Numbered from the stretch's first letter, positions 40,314 through 53,198 are shown. The stretch: 64,000 bases of DNA from Bilabrum cf. latius (GCA_965178125.1 OZ237735.1:1550001-1614000); one strand, 5' to 3'. The notes: generated by a model from the letters alone, not told the origin. A program made the numbers and translations.

Positions 40314-41955
40314 CAGAGGAAGAAGCAGAGGGGGAAGCAGGCGATCAGGGCGGTGTTGAGCCTGAACCGCAAGTAAGATCAACCAGGCAATAGCAACAAG
40401 CTGGAATTTGTTAGCGACTGAGCTCCTGAACGCGCACACACGCTTTGTCCACAAAACGCAGGAGGCTGGGGCTCTTCATTTCGCTGCAAAGTTCGGGCAT
40501 ACCGAGATAGTCGAAGCGCTGGTCAAGGCTGGCGTGGATCCGAACCAGACTTCGAAGTATACGGTGAGCTCCCGCTCCAGCCATGCGCTAGGAACAAGAT
40601 AAGCACGTTCAAACATCGATATTGTGTACAGAGGCATCAATTTCCGCAGCTAAACTGCGCGACGGCGATCGAGCTTGCCGCTCGTCACAAGCACCCAGAG
40701 ACGTGCCTAGCTCTGCTCAAAGCAGGAGCATCCCCGGACGCACCGTACTTTGTGAGGCCCCAACAAGTAGGCTGACTCGGTGCGCAACACCCGAATGAAG
40801 TGCTGCTTGCTTGCTGCAATCGGCGTCACTACCTCAAATGAACAGAGCTGTCCGGGCTCAACTGCGGCGCCGTCGCACTGCTGCCTAGCCGATGCCACCT
40901 CACCACGCCATTGCATCGCAGTTCTCGTCTGCCGTTCCGCTCATGTGGGCTGCCGTGAACGGTATGGTGGACGTGATGCAAGCTTTTCTCGAAGCTGGCT
41001 GGGACGTCAATGCTGAGACCCACGTGAGCGAAGCGGCCTAAAAAAAGGACCCACCTAGCTCATACCCGCCACTGGCAACTTAAGGTTCACAGCCCGAACC
41101 ACTAGTAGAACCCGGCATTTTGTCCATTCCAACACGCAGGAGGAGGAGACTGCTCTGTATGCCGCGGCGAGGTACGGCTCCCCCGAGTCGCTCGTGTGGC
41201 TGTTCAACAACGGGGCCAAGTTCAAGGGCGGCAGGATCAACGTGAGAAATGTGCAGCCGTGCGCTTTTGGGAAGCATGCCAGGGGCGCGGTGCATGATGC
41301 TACTTGGAGTGCTACATTACGCTGCACGGCCTCCGGGTGCGGAGCTTGCCAGCCTGCCAGCCTGCCAGCCTTGCAAGTCGCAGGCGACATGGGGACTGTT
41401 ACCAATTCGCTCAGCAATGTAGCCTTCGATATACTTGTTCGTTCTGCATCGCAGGCTGGCTTTGCGATCTACCTGGCCGCCATGCACAGCTACACGGTGA
41501 CCGTGTCTGTGCTCCTCAAGGCAGCCGGCGGTGAGATGCCACATAGACTCGAGGATGAGGATGAAGAAATAGAACGTGTGAGCAAATCTCGAAGGGCGTT
41601 GCACTACGGTCAGGGTTCCGCAGTCCCAAGCTGGAACAAGAAGGCTATCATGATGTCAGTGGGCATGGGCGAAGCTGTGCAGGTACTTGATCTCTGTCCC
41701 TTTCGCATTTGCGCTGAGCAATGACGGCATGCGGACCTCGAATACCCATAAATATTATGTACACTGCAGGTTACTGCTTTGGAAGCAGCTCACGCCGACC
41801 TGGAGAGACATGCGGAAGGTCAAACAAACGCAGCATTGCGTGCCATTCAAGAGCATCCGGATGACGCTGGGAAGTGTGTCGAAGCTCTCATAGCCTATGC
41901 TGACCCAGAGGAGAAGGCCGCTATCGATGAAGCGCTGAGCAAGCTGAAATGCTGA
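39826..41955 (+). CDS. Multi-exon ankyrin-repeat protein with an acidic tract
   Basis: Ankyrin motifs ALHFAAKFGHTEIVEALVKAGVDPN, TAIELAARHKH, ETALYAAARYG and FAIYLAAMHSY in exons bounded by gt..cag. Last exon ends KLKC then TGA at 41955. Start inferred as AT|G across intron 39828-40005. Confidence 0.7.
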
Positions 41956-42386
41956 ATGTGCCAGTGGTCGAATCTGAGCTCCTTCTACCAGTTGCCCACA
42001 GACCAGGGAGTTGGCAAGTGCGGACACCACTGGCGGCCAGTGCCAACGGCGGGTCGAAAGCAAACCAGGGAGGTGACTATCATACGAATACTACGCTACT
42101 ATCAGGTGTGCAACAATGCGAAGCTTGCATTTCTAATGGGAATCGTAGTCTGAGAGGGAGAACCAACCATTAATACTGGCACCTTCAAGTTTGCTTGCTT
42201 TCTTGCTTGTTGCTTGCAACAAGGAAAACGCATATCATGTGTAAGTGCGTGTCAAGTAGCTATTCCTAGCACGCCTGCAGGACCCCACGACTGCTGCATA
42301 GTCTAGTCTTCCACGACATCATTGCATTGCACCCGCACGGGCACACGATGAAACTTGCAGCTGGAAATGATCCCTCGCGCAGACCC

Positions 42387-44183
42387 TCAGCGTGTCTGCG
42401 GCGTGACCGTAACAAACACGCTGCCACCGTTGGCAATGACCGGCAAATGCAGGCCTCCCCCTGCAGTCACCGCGGGGAGGCCCTCGTGCTGGACGATGTC
42501 CCGGACTTGGAAAGACTGGGAGGTGTCGTTGAAGCCCATCTGGGCAAAGCAGCTGGAGTCGCACGCGACGGTCGCGTTCTGTGGGGTGTCGTTCAGCATG
42601 AACACCGCCCACCCGCCGGTGGACAGCGGCCGCCCGTAGACGGAGGTATGGCCCGCGGGGCCCGGTGCTGGCGGCCCGTTCGCCGTCATGCAGTGCCCCG
42701 TCTTTTTGAGAGTGAGGTGCCCGCTGCTGGAGGTGTATTGGAACACCTGCATGGGGTCGGAAGGGTCGCACTTGACCGCCGCCAGGTCCTCGCTGGAAGA
42801 CTGCACCTGCGCGCACAGATCGTCCCGGAGCCACGAGTGCAGCAGCCCGGTCTGCTCGTCCAACGTCCACTGGAAATGCGAGTAGTTGCCGAGGCCCGCG
42901 CACGTCCTGCGGGTGGGGTCCGTCTCGCACGCGTCGTAGTACATGGGCGACTTGCAGTCCGCGATGGAGAGGCACGTGGTCTTCTTGGTGTCACTGATGT
43001 ACCCCTTGAGCGGGCTGTCGAGGAGCCACGTCTGGCCCGTGGGCTCCCCGCCGCACTCTGCCATGTGTGACTCCTCGAGGTAGGACACCCGGTGGAGGCT
43101 GGGGCTGCTGGTGTTGCTGCCGTCCAGCCTCTTCGTGTACCTGCCTTCTTCCGGTTTCCACGCGTCCACGTCCTGGTTCACTGCGATGGCCTCGCTGTTG
43201 AGCCAGTTCCTGATGACAGAGGGCTGCTTCTGGGCGATGAGCGGCAGGTTCCCGGTCATGATGAGATTCAGGGATAGCACGCTCCACATGCTGAACATGG
43301 TCTGCGACCGCGTCTCGTCCATGCACGTGCTAGGGCCAGCGTTCACGGGAGCGTCTGCGGTGCCCGGGCATCCCATGCCCGGGTTCAGTAGAAGGGAGCC
43401 GTCGTTCCAGCCGCCGCCGTTCTCTGTGCGCCCAGTGTACCTGCTGACGCTCAGAGCGTTGGCGAAGTTGGTTAGGACTGACTGCCAGCCCGATCCGGTG
43501 TCGGGCCCGGTGCGCCAGCTGTTGCCGAGGGTGAGGCCGCCGCCGTACCCGATGCTCGGGTCTGGAGGAGCATACCAAGGCTTCCACCCGCAAAGGGCGA
43601 ACCAGATCTTGGCTCCGGTGTTGTTCAGAGCGTTACGGAACGCGGTGTAGTGCTGAATTGCAGTTGGTTCATCGCCCGCGTCGAAGCAAGAGTCCATCTT
43701 GAACCAGTCGATGTTGTGAGCCGCGAGGAAATCCGCGTCTGCCTGTTCGTGGCCGAGCTGGCCAGGGTGCTTGTTGCAGTCGAGGTTCCCGCGGTCTCCA
43801 TACAGGCCAAACATCAGTTTGCGATCGTGTAGATAGTTAACCACAGGCTCAAGGCCACGAGGGTACTTGGTAGGGTCTGGAACAAGCGAGCCGTTTGGGG
43901 CCCTCGTCGGAAGATCCCAGTCAGAATCCGTCTCAATCACCTTGTAGCCCAGATCCCGGGGAGAGCGGCCGGGTGGGTAGGATAGAGAAGAAGGGGCCAC
44001 GAAGAAATCAGCGATACCCATGATATAGCTTGCGTTGCCCCGTCCCGGACCAGGCGCGAGTCGGCTGCCGTAGTCCAAGTCGAAACCCATGGCTGGCGTG
44101 AATCCGTACCCATTATCAAGCGCCTCGGAGTTCTACACCATCATACAAGAGGCAGCTATAGTGAGGAAGCCCCAATTCTTCAT
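42387..44183 (-). CDS. Secreted GH27 alpha-galactosidase-like protein with an inserted ricin-B-like lectin module
   Basis: Signal peptide containing a TAG at 44133; ALDNGYGFTPAMG, DPTKYPRG, FGLYGDRG, IDWFKMDSC, NSWRTGPD, GGWND, IAVNQD; Cys and Q-x-W/F repeats; C-terminal beta-sandwich (VRDI). Ends TGA. Confidence 0.88.
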
Positions 44184-44292
44184 GATGCAGTCGAATTTGT
44201 AAGGACCAGGCGCAAGAAAGATTATCTCGTGTCGACTATCGAAGATGAAGACATGATATGACTGCCGCTCCTTTAATACATGCATGCTAGCA

Positions 44293-45546
44293 TTAGCCTA
44301 TAGAATCCTTGCTCACCTTTTCCTCAGATTCCCTTTCTACCTGCACCCCGATCACGCTCATGTCCCGGTCTCCGTCACCGGCCTCGACAAGCGCCTCGAA
44401 CCGAGACAAGGCCAGACGGGCGCACCGCAATGCAGTGACGAGTCCGCCCCGACTCTCTTCGGAACTTCCCCCACCAGACCCTGCCAATACCTTGGAATAT
44501 GAGGCCCCACTGTTGCTGACACGACCGAGCGATTCGCCACCACCTGCACCATCCCCACCATCGGATCCCGCTGCCCCTGCCCCCGCGCCTGCGCCTGCCC
44601 CTACGCCTGCCCCTGCCCCTGCGCCTGCGCCTGCCCCCGCGCCTGCGCCTGTGCTACACGTCGCAGAATCAGGTGCAACTCCATCCGATCCATATGTCCC
44701 AGCTATGTCCCCGTGCCCGTCCTCCTATCCCAGGCCCTCTGCCTCGACCAAGACCGTCCTCAGGTCCTTGAGCATGTACTTTGCCGGCCCGCCCGGCTCG
44801 AACTCTCCGCGCGCCATCCTGACCCCGTGTTCCCTGAGGACAGGACTGTCTGCGAATCCTCCTTGCAGCGCCTGCAGCACCGCAGGCACGTCGGCACCCC
44901 CTCTTTTTGCGAGGAGCACGGCCTCGGCCACTGCGCTCGCAGCGGTACCCACGATCAGCTGGTTGCAGAGCTTGCACAGCGACCCCGCCCCCGGAGGACC
45001 CACCCGAGTGATCTTCCCGCAGTTGGATAGGAGACTCTCGCACACCGACAGCGCGACGGGATGTCCGCCCGCCATGACTGCCAGGGTGCCGGCCCGTGCA
45101 CCGGCCTCTCCGCCGGACACAGGCGCATCGGCGTAAGATCGTCCCGACCTGGCAGCAAGCTCAGCCTGCCGCCGCGCTGTAGAAGGCGGTATAGAAGAAC
45201 ACATGATGATGCAGCACGTTGGAGACGTTGACTCGAACAGAGCTGGCGGGCCGCGATCCGCCGCTTCAAATAGGACAGCGTCTGTGGTTGGACCGTCTGA
45301 CAGCATGCTGACCACAACCTGTGCCCCCTTCACAGCATCTAACGCAGATTCACATACAATCAATTCACACAGCATCTCGCCGAATTCCCCTGATCGCGCT
45401 TCTTCGGCTGCTTTCTCAGCCTTGCTCGTTGTTCGGTTCCATAGACGCACAGATGCCCCACCTTGTAGTGTTGCTGACATCCGTGCTGCCATCGGGGCAC
45501 CCATAATGCCTGTCCCTAGGAATGCCACGGATGTGATAGCATCCAT
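44293..45546 (-). CDS. Beta-hydroxyacid dehydrogenase (3-hydroxyisobutyrate/tartronate semialdehyde reductase family)
   Basis: VAFLGTGIMGAPMA, WNRT, DAPVSGGEAGA..GTLAVMAGG, KLCNQL, MLKDL. After the TAG at 44725 comes a Gly-Ala-rich insert, then the family C-terminal helix FEALVEAGDGDRDMS. Ends TAA. Confidence 0.88.
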
Positions 45547-45620
45547 ATCGCTATTGGGCAAGGTTTAGAGCTGTTCTGCAAGCTGTTGCAGTTGGTACCA
45601 GTCATCCGGAGCATATTTAT

Positions 45621-48600
45621 CATCTTCCCCCTCCCGTGCCCAAGCGTGGGAGGGGGGGGTCCCACGCTTGGGCACCTCCCCCGGTGCCCAAGCGTGGGGT
45701 CACGCTTGGGCACATGGTCAATTGCCCAAGCGTGGAATTAATTACCCACGCCTGGGCACAGGGAGGGGGATAAACTTGGCATTGAATCTTGCTGCTCTTA
45801 CTTATACTAGTAGGTTGTATATTTCTTTTACTTACAATATATTCACTTCGGTGTCACGCGATGGACCACTGATTGGTGGTACAGTAGGGCTACCCTCACG
45901 TAGTACTACGCAAGATGTGGCAGCAAAGCTTGCCACTCAAGTCATAAGCAGAGGTCAGTTCAACTCGATCCTTCTACAGACCTCGTCCCCGGAGTATCCG
46001 ACGAGCCAGACCCCGAGCCTACGGTGGACTGGCCAACCCTCTAAGCACCCGCCTCCATGCCACGGCCCAGGGGATGCGTAGCCTAGTGAAGACCGCAGGA
46101 GGTCGCCCATCTGCAGAGGCGAGCCCGTTCTGGCATCGGAGCCATCGCCTACTAGTAGCAGCCCCTCCTCTGCCTTGTCCAGCGAGTCAGCACCCCCCCC
46201 CTCCCCCCTGACCCTGCCGCGATAACGTCGCTCAGATCTCGCCCTACTGCGGCAGAGTCAGACCCACCCAGTCCATGGTCTGGTTGGAGTCCGCGATGCT
46301 TTCCAGCTCCAGCACGCACCAGGCCGGTGAGTGGTCACCACAAATTAAAGTATCAATTCGAAAACCATGACAAATGATGCAAAATATTGCACAACGAATG
46401 TCTTAATCCCAAGCCAGCGGAGAATCGTTGGCCTTGGAGAAACGGCAGCGGTACAAGCCTGCCTCATAGCGCATGCACAGCCGGTTATGGTATACAAGGC
46501 ATGGTACAGCGAGACGAAGCCACACGGCATGCTCGCGGCCCTACAGCATCTATATACTCCGAGCAGCCAGCAACCCCTGTCGAACCTACAGCCTGGCTTT
46601 CAGAGCTAATGCAGATGATGTCCCGCTCGAACTTGAACTAGAAGACACGCCGTAACTTTTAGTGCCACGTGCACAGCTGACAACAGCATCATCAGCCTCG
46701 TTAACCTTGGCCAACTTGCCGGGATGGAATTTGCCTGGATGTCCATCTTGGTTCACTATTGGAACTTGGAGAATGTAAACATGGTTGACTCCATGATGTG
46801 TCCGACTCGCACTCAGTTGCTGTAGCGGCGTGCCTCGGATCTCGACCTGGAATCCTGCATAGCATGCCGGCTACGGTGTCGATCACCACCGCCGTTAGGA
46901 CACGGGACATATCATTGCAACCTCCAAGCCGTGGTGCAAATGCTTCACTTGGCATATGCTGTAGCATAGCCTATACGAAGCTTGAATGTGCTCCTTGCTC
47001 GTATTTCCCTCGGCGGGGACAAGGTTGCATCTAATGTCCCGGTCGAAATTGCTACAGCTACCTGAGGTGGGGACCTCACAGCTCGGCTCGATCGCGATTG
47101 CGAATCCATCGGCCGTGCCGCGCTGGCAGCATTGTCCAATTCACGACCTTTTAGCGTGGCGGGCGCACTGCTTGCGGCTGATGCCGCTGCTGTCTGCATC
47201 ATAGCTCCAGAATCAAATCTATCAGATCTGCTGAATAAAATGATGCTAGAGTAGGGCAAACATTCAATACTTGCCTCCGAGATTTGAGTGGGACATCCTG
47301 CTTGGCGGTGCCGGTGCATTACATCGCAATCATTGTACTGTTTTTTTGGGGAAACTAGGTACTCACCAATCACGAAGGCAGCAACAAGCTCCAGTGTAAT
47401 GACTGGAAGGTGCAAACGCCTGATATACTGACTGTATGTATGCTCTCAAGGCTGTTTGTGCGCGATTTGCAACGGTCGTGGCGCGGCGATTTTGATCCGA
47501 TCTGGTTCCGCTGTTCGCAGGCAACAAGAAAGTTTGGCTAAATTCTCAACTCTTCGCGCCTACACATTCGTCTAGATGTACCCTTTTAGCTATTATTATA
47601 CTATTCGTGTGTGCGGGGCTCTACAACCAGCGTGATGAGCTCTGTATCGTGGGCCACTGCACCTTGTGGTGCACGGCTCGGTATCAAGGACAAGATGCAT
47701 GCGCACTGCTTACGATGTGGCAGCCAAAAGTGCGCAAATACATTGGAATTAGTGCGTAGATATCTATTCGATGGCTATCGAGATGCTGAGTAGACCATCA
47801 GAGGAGCTGAAGGAGTCCGGCTGCAGGATCTCCGACGGCTTACCTCGGTTGAGTTTTATCGCACGCTCGAGGCGGTGCAACAACTTAGCCAAATTTAGGC
47901 AAGTATAGCTTAGATCGGTTTACGGCAAGGATCCGTTGCACAGTCTGTGGAAGTAGATCACAGGTGAGGTAGTGAAAGTGTAGTCCGGTTCGCATCCCTT
48001 TGTCACTATCGTATTCAACCTTCAGTATATATGGAATATGCGCGTAATAATATTTTCCGAATGTTTGCATTGCCACTACCTTGCAGCAACAATTAGGTTC
48101 GGGAAGCTGGCAAGGGAGCTGGCAAGGAGCTATCACGGTCAACCAAAAGTGGAGTGCAATCACATTCGAACAACAGTATCAGTGCTGCAACAGCTGTGGT
48201 TGAGCCGAATTCAGAGACATATACTGGATCAGGCATATATGCAAGGACTCCACAAACATTGATAAATCTTAGCTACAGTGTCCGAGCCCTTGTGTCCTTT
48301 GTGTCTCAATGGCAACCCCAACATTGGTGCCAAAAGTATGATAGTTTACATGGGCTATAGCCACTTTGCGCACCATCATAATCTGTTGGACCGTTTTGTG
48401 TCAGGTGTACGGTTGTCTTTGCTTTGTCTACCTGCAAGTGGTCCATCGGAACCACTCCCCCGTTCCAGGCCTTCCAAAAGGTACAACGGCGCACAAATCC
48501 ATATCCAGAATCAAATATCGAAAACGAACGATATTATGAACTGCGCGCGAACGCGATCATTGTGGGGCCGATCCTCGTCGTCCCCCCAAGGATCTGTTCC

Positions 48601-48838
48601 GCCTGTCCAAACACAGGCTGGTCCGCGACAACATGATCCTCAATCATCTTGGTAAAGAGTAGGTGAGCCAAAACTTATTTTGAGTTCATCAAAACTTTAA
48701 AACTACTAGCTGAAGCAGTCAGATGACTGCTCCAGGCGTAGCGTGCCCAAGCGTGGGACGGGGGGTCCCACGCTTGGGCAGGGGTGCCCAAGCGTGGGAC
48801 CCCCCCCTCCCACGCTTGGGCACGGGAGGGGGACGATG
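45621..48838. mobile_element. Putative DNA transposon-like insertion (3.2 kb) bounded by 51-bp perfect inverted repeats built from hairpins
   Basis: 45626-45676 is the exact reverse complement of 48783-48833. The core TGCCCAAGCGTG(GG) recurs about 10 times in both orientations at the two ends. The interior is visibly less GC-rich than flanking genes. No transposase or target-site duplication recognised. Confidence 0.6.
47635..47967 (+). CDS. Possible 110-aa ORF (or first exon) inside the element
   Basis: ATG 47635, three in-frame TAGs, TGA at 47965 overlapping a possible gtgag donor. Cys/His cluster HAHCLRCGSQKC. No homology recognised. Confidence 0.25.
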
Positions 48839-49772
48839 GGAACGGTCGGTACGCCTTCATCTGGACGACAATATCATGATTTTCCTGCTCGCATGTTAGT
48901 TATTGATGCAACCTTCCGCGGTATTGCCGTGGTGCAACTGAATTAAGGACTTTGATCTCGGTGTGCCAAATCGAGTCAATGGTCGACTGCTGCAACTGTT
49001 TTTTCGCAGGTCTTGCAGGAATGGGAGCCGCTCAGCTGCCAATAGAGGGCGTTTTTGAAGCCTAGACAGCAACATTGGCCATTGACTTGACGTGAGAGAA
49101 ACGCCCTTCGCTGAGCCGTGGGCAGCAGACGCGCCATCCACCAGTGGACCGTTCGGTGAATGCTCGACTGCTCCCGCAGCCTTTGCCCCGACCGTGTTCG
49201 CATGAGATAGCAGGGAACGTAGAATGGAGAGTAGGTTGTGATTACGGGGGACATGAGAAAGCCTACAGTAACAAGTCCAAGGAATCAAGGAACGTCATAC
49301 ATCGGAATCATGCGAGTAACCTGCCTAGGAGACGAGGTTGGGTGCTCAACCACTGTGGTTGGAACGCCGACAACATGTTTTACTGCCACCATAGTTGGGG
49401 GGGAGCGGAGGTACGCTGCTAGCTTCTCCCCAGAAGGGTCCACCACAGTGACTTGCCCAGCACCAGCATCGGCAAACATTCCAATGCAGCGTACCGGAAA
49501 CTGTACGAGCGGGTCGGCATTGATGGCGTAGCGCATGCCATACAGTCATGTTATTCTTGCGTTACTTTGTTGCATCGCTTGGGTCGCTGGGCACAGGCTG
49601 GCCCGGAGCGACGGTTGAATCAGAGAGTGCAGCAGCGAGAAATCAATTTCCAGTCTCCGTTTTCCATTCCATTCACCGTTTAAGTATATAACGCCCAAAA
49701 GAGGGGGTGCGGAATGCCCTGCCTGACAGCGCGGTAATGTATCCGTCTTGTTTATCTGTCCGTCGATCTTGA

Positions 49773-51284
49773 TCACGCAGATGCCGATACCTTGGTCCCT
49801 TCCTCCCCCTCTTCCCCCTCCTCCCCCTCCCCTCCCTGCTGCCGCTCGCCCTCCGGTGCATCGCCCGCGCCGTCCCCGCCGTCGCTATCGCTTTCCGGCG
49901 GGGCGGTGGTGTGCTTGGGCGTGACCACGATCCTCTCCTTGTGCGTGCTAACCGCCGTGCGGAAGCCCTCCAGTATGAAGTCGTAGCCCTCTGCCTCCAG
50001 CATGTCGAACATCTGCTGGTTGTGGTCCACCCCTGCCGTCTCAACGGCTATATCCAGTGCCACCCGCGAGATGTCGTGCTCCACCCAGGCCCTCTCGTGC
50101 TGGATCTCACGGATACTCACGCCGGCATCGGCGAGGACCTTGGTGATGGCAGAGATGCCCCCGGGGCGGTCCGACACAGTGGCCTTGAACCGAACCAGCC
50201 GGCCATCCGCGGCCAACCCTCGGTCCATGACGCGCGAGATCGTCACGGTGTCCACGTTGCCCCCGCAGAGGGGCAGCACCACCGTCTTGCCACGCAGGTC
50301 GGGCAGCACCCGCTCCGATGCATCTTCCTCGTGCCACTGCAGCATGGCAGCCAGTCCAGTGGCACCGCCCCCTTCCACCACGCACTTTTCGAGCTCCAGC
50401 AGCCTCAGCATGGCCAGCGCGATGAACCTCTCCTTGACCAGGGCGACGGGGCCCACCAGCTCTTTGCAGAGGTCAAAAGCGTTGGATCCTACCCTGTTCA
50501 CCAAGAGGCCGTCGGCAAGGGTCCGGCCTGCCGGCACGTCCACCACGTGGCCTGCCCTCAGAGATTCGCTGAGGCTGGGAACAGTGGCGGGCTCGGCCCC
50601 GAGCACCTGCACGGAGGGCTTGAGGGTCTTGAGGGCGAGCGCGGAGCCAGCGATCAGGCCCGCCCCGCCGACGGGAATGACGACTGCGTCCACGTCAGGC
50701 ACGTCCTCTGCGATTTCGATTCCCATGGTCCCGGCACCTGCGATCACGTCTGGGTCGTCGTAGCCGTTCACGTAGGCCAGCCCCTCCTGCTCCGAGAGCT
50801 GCATGGCCACCTCTCGGCTTTCCATGAGGTGATCTCCCTCAAGTACTACGTTCGCACCAATGTCTCTGCAGTTCTGCACTTTAGTGAGCGGCGCGATGCG
50901 CGGCATAACCACTGTCACCGGGATCCCAAGATCGACAGCATGGAAGGCGAGGGCCTGGGCATGATTCCCCGCACTTGCTGCGATGACCCCGCGCCTGCGC
51001 TGCTCTGGTGACATCATGAGCAATGCATTACGCGCGCCTCTCTCCTTAAAACTCCCTGTCGGGTGCATGAACTCGTCTTTCACGAACACTCTCGCATCAA
51101 GAAGCCTAGACAGTTTCTTTGACTCGCGGCAAGGGGTCCGATGCACGCGATCGCGGATACGATAGTTGGCTTGAGATACATCTCCGAATGTGATTGCGGG
51201 CGGCACCCTCGTGGATGCCGAAGCACTGGCAGTGAACAGACGATTCGATTTTGCCCTGGCTCCTCGCGCCCCAACAAGAGCCAT
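49773..51284 (-). CDS. ilvA: Threonine/serine dehydratase (PLP-dependent, short form with one ACT domain), with possible transit peptide
   Basis: HPTGSFKERGA, ASAGNHAQ, IAGAGT, PVGGAGL, VVEGGGATGLAA, CGGNVD; ACT-like DRPGGI. Acidic tail; ends TGA; no internal TAG. Start ATG uncertain (51284 or 51314). Confidence 0.9.
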   Translation of the reverse strand: MALVGARGARAKSNRLFTASASASTRVPPAITFGDVSQANYRIRDRVHRTPCRESKKLSRLLDARVFVKDEFMHPTGSFKERGARNALLMMSPEQRRRGVIAASAGNHAQALAFHAVDLGIPVTVVMPRIAPLTKVQNCRDIGANVVLEGDHLMESREVAMQLSEQEGLAYVNGYDDPDVIAGAGTMGIEIAEDVPDVDAVVIPVGGAGLIAGSALALKTLKPSVQVLGAEPATVPSLSESLRAGHVVDVPAGRTLADGLLVNRVGSNAFDLCKELVGPVALVKERFIALAMLRLLELEKCVVEGGGATGLAAMLQWHEEDASERVLPDLRGKTVVLPLCGGNVDTVTISRVMDRGLAADGRLVRFKATVSDRPGGISAITKVLADAGVSIREIQHERAWVEHDISRVALDIAVETAGVDHNQQMFDMLEAEGYDFILEGFRTAVSTHKERIVVTPKHTTAPPESDSDGGDGAGDAPEGERQQGGEGEEGEEGEEGTKVSASA

Positions 51285-51494
51285 CCTGCTGCATCTCGCA
51301 CATTTAGAGTGCATAATGAGTATCAATAGCAAGTTAACACTGCTTCTTGCCGCACAGGAATCCAAACAAGGCAAGCAATCAGCCGTGATTCTGTCGCAGA
51401 GAGCATTCCATTCTTCCAGCGGAACCAACATTGAGAGTGCGCGGCGCCGATTCTGAACGAAGGGAGGCAACACCTTTCACGCAGTCATGATAGG

Positions 51495-52064
51495 ATGCAG
51501 GCTCTGATTGGAGTTGGTGTAGACATATGCCATGCACCACGAGTTGTTCGTCTCTTGGATAGGTACGGGGAGCGATTCCTCGCTAGGGCTTTTGCCCCTA
51601 GCGAAATTGACAAGATACGGTTGCTAGAATCGCGCGGACGTGACGGTGAAGCAGCGTTGCTATCATTTGTAGGTTCAAGATGGGCAGCTAAGGAAGCATT
51701 TTTCAAGGCTGTGAGGGGTCGCTGGCGTGTGGCATTCCCTGAGATAGAGCTGGCGCCGTCGGATGCAAGCGCCCGGTCTACTCCATTGGAATACGCACAG
51801 CTGCCGGTCGCACTCGACGAAAGGACAGCAAACAACTTGCCTGGACCACATATACGCATCTCTGGTGCGGCACGTAGGGAGTGCGAAGCGCTGGGCGTAT
51901 CACGGGCCGAAGTCAGCATTAGCCACGACGGCGAATACTGCGCGGCCTTTGTGGCACTCATGGCAGACTCACATGGTCTGGACTCAGGGTGTCCCGCAAG
52001 CCTTCCCGAAGTGGCGATGCAGCCGAAAGAATGGGATGGAGACACGAGCTCCGGGAGGCAGTGA
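51495..52064 (+). CDS. acpS: Holo-ACP synthase (AcpS-type 4'-phosphopantetheinyl transferase)
   Basis: IGVGVDI, RYGERFLARAF, RWAAKEAFFKA, VSISHDGEY; ends TGA. Confidence 0.9.
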   Translation: MQALIGVGVDICHAPRVVRLLDRYGERFLARAFAPSEIDKIRLLESRGRDGEAALLSFVGSRWAAKEAFFKAVRGRWRVAFPEIELAPSDASARSTPLEYAQLPVALDERTANNLPGPHIRISGAARRECEALGVSRAEVSISHDGEYCAAFVALMADSHGLDSGCPASLPEVAMQPKEWDGDTSSGRQ

Positions 52065-52187
52065 CATTGCATTGGATTGCATCCTCCTCTGAAGCGTTGC
52101 TCACCCTACCGAGCACTGTGTGGCGTCTCAAACAACACGGTATTCATTTCATTCCCACCCTCGCAACCGTATGCAATCATTACAATG

Positions 52188-53198
52188 TCATCGTCTGCGA
52201 GGCCTAGACGCGGCTCGTCCCTGTCCTCGTTGTCGGCGCCGCCTGGCTGCCCCCCGATCGGCGTCAACGCCGGCCTGGGCCTCGCCGATGCCCGATTCCG
52301 ATTCCGAATCGCGTTTCACGCCTTCGCTCCCATCATCGGTGCAATCCCTACGCTGGGACGCGCCGGCGTGGCCCTCTTCCGCCGCATCGGTACTATCGGA
52401 GACAGGTTTTGCATAGTAGTTCAGCACCCACGAGTACGCCGGTATGGCTGCGGTTGCCACCAAGAAAGCGAGCGCGACTGGGTATAGCATCGAGAGCGCC
52501 GAGCGCGGTATCCCATGCCACACCGGTTCAACGATGAAGTTGTACGACACTTCCGCCGGCTCGCATCGCTCGCCCCTGGTAGCGCTCGCACCGCAGCTCA
52601 GGCGAGACGTGGCGCCACGAGGGGCTGCACTGACCACAAAGATCATCGTATCTGATGTATTATCGCCCCCGTGATTATCTGCTCGATCTTCCTCCCGCTC
52701 GATGGCTTCCAGGATCTCAGGGCACTGCAGGTGAGCACTCTGCACGGCCAGCTCGAACTCGTCGGAGCTCTCAGATAGTCCGTGAACAGATGCTATGGTC
52801 CTCCGATTCTAAACGGCGAGCAGGCTTGCTGCTCCCACCTTCTATCCAGCACTTGAGACTCGAGTTGTCGTTGTATCGAGAAGCCTCCGCGAATCGGGAG
52901 ATGCTCGCTCAACAGCAACTCTAGGTCTCATGGCACGCTTCTCTTGCACCAAATCGAGGAGCCTGTACGCTGCGATTCCAAACGAGATGGGCTAACTAGC
53001 TGTACAAGACACTCTCGCTTCAAGTTCATCATATTTGAACTCTGATGGGATATGTATCGCAAACACGGCTCCGCACTCCCACCACAGTGACTATACTACG
53101 CCAAACTTGGTCGAACCTACTTGCAGATCGTACAAATGCTTCGATTGCACCTAGATTATTGCAAATAGCAGCAATAATTGCATAAGTATCCAAGGCAT
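52188..53198 (-). CDS. Uncharacterised membrane protein (signal peptide, C-terminal TM helix); exon structure uncertain
   Basis: MPWILMQLLLLFAII*VQS signal-like start with several TAGs. Downstream YNFIVEPVWHGIP, then hydrophobic LSMLYPVALAFLVATAAIPAY. Ends TGA. Confidence 0.5.

Noticed and set aside
44293-44295. TAA also coding Gln (ciliate-type table 6)
   Set aside because: TAA appears only at plausible C-termini. Reading through it here or at 10257 would run the frame into the next gene's start.
48896-49550. Possible gene remnant right of the inverted-repeat element
   Set aside because: Only short ORFs with no recognisable motif or consistent exon chain.
49773-52064. Bacterial contamination or operon (ilvA, acpS)
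   Set aside because: The genes are divergent, carry eukaryote-style extensions and sit among intron-containing genes. Older horizontal transfer cannot be judged without trees.
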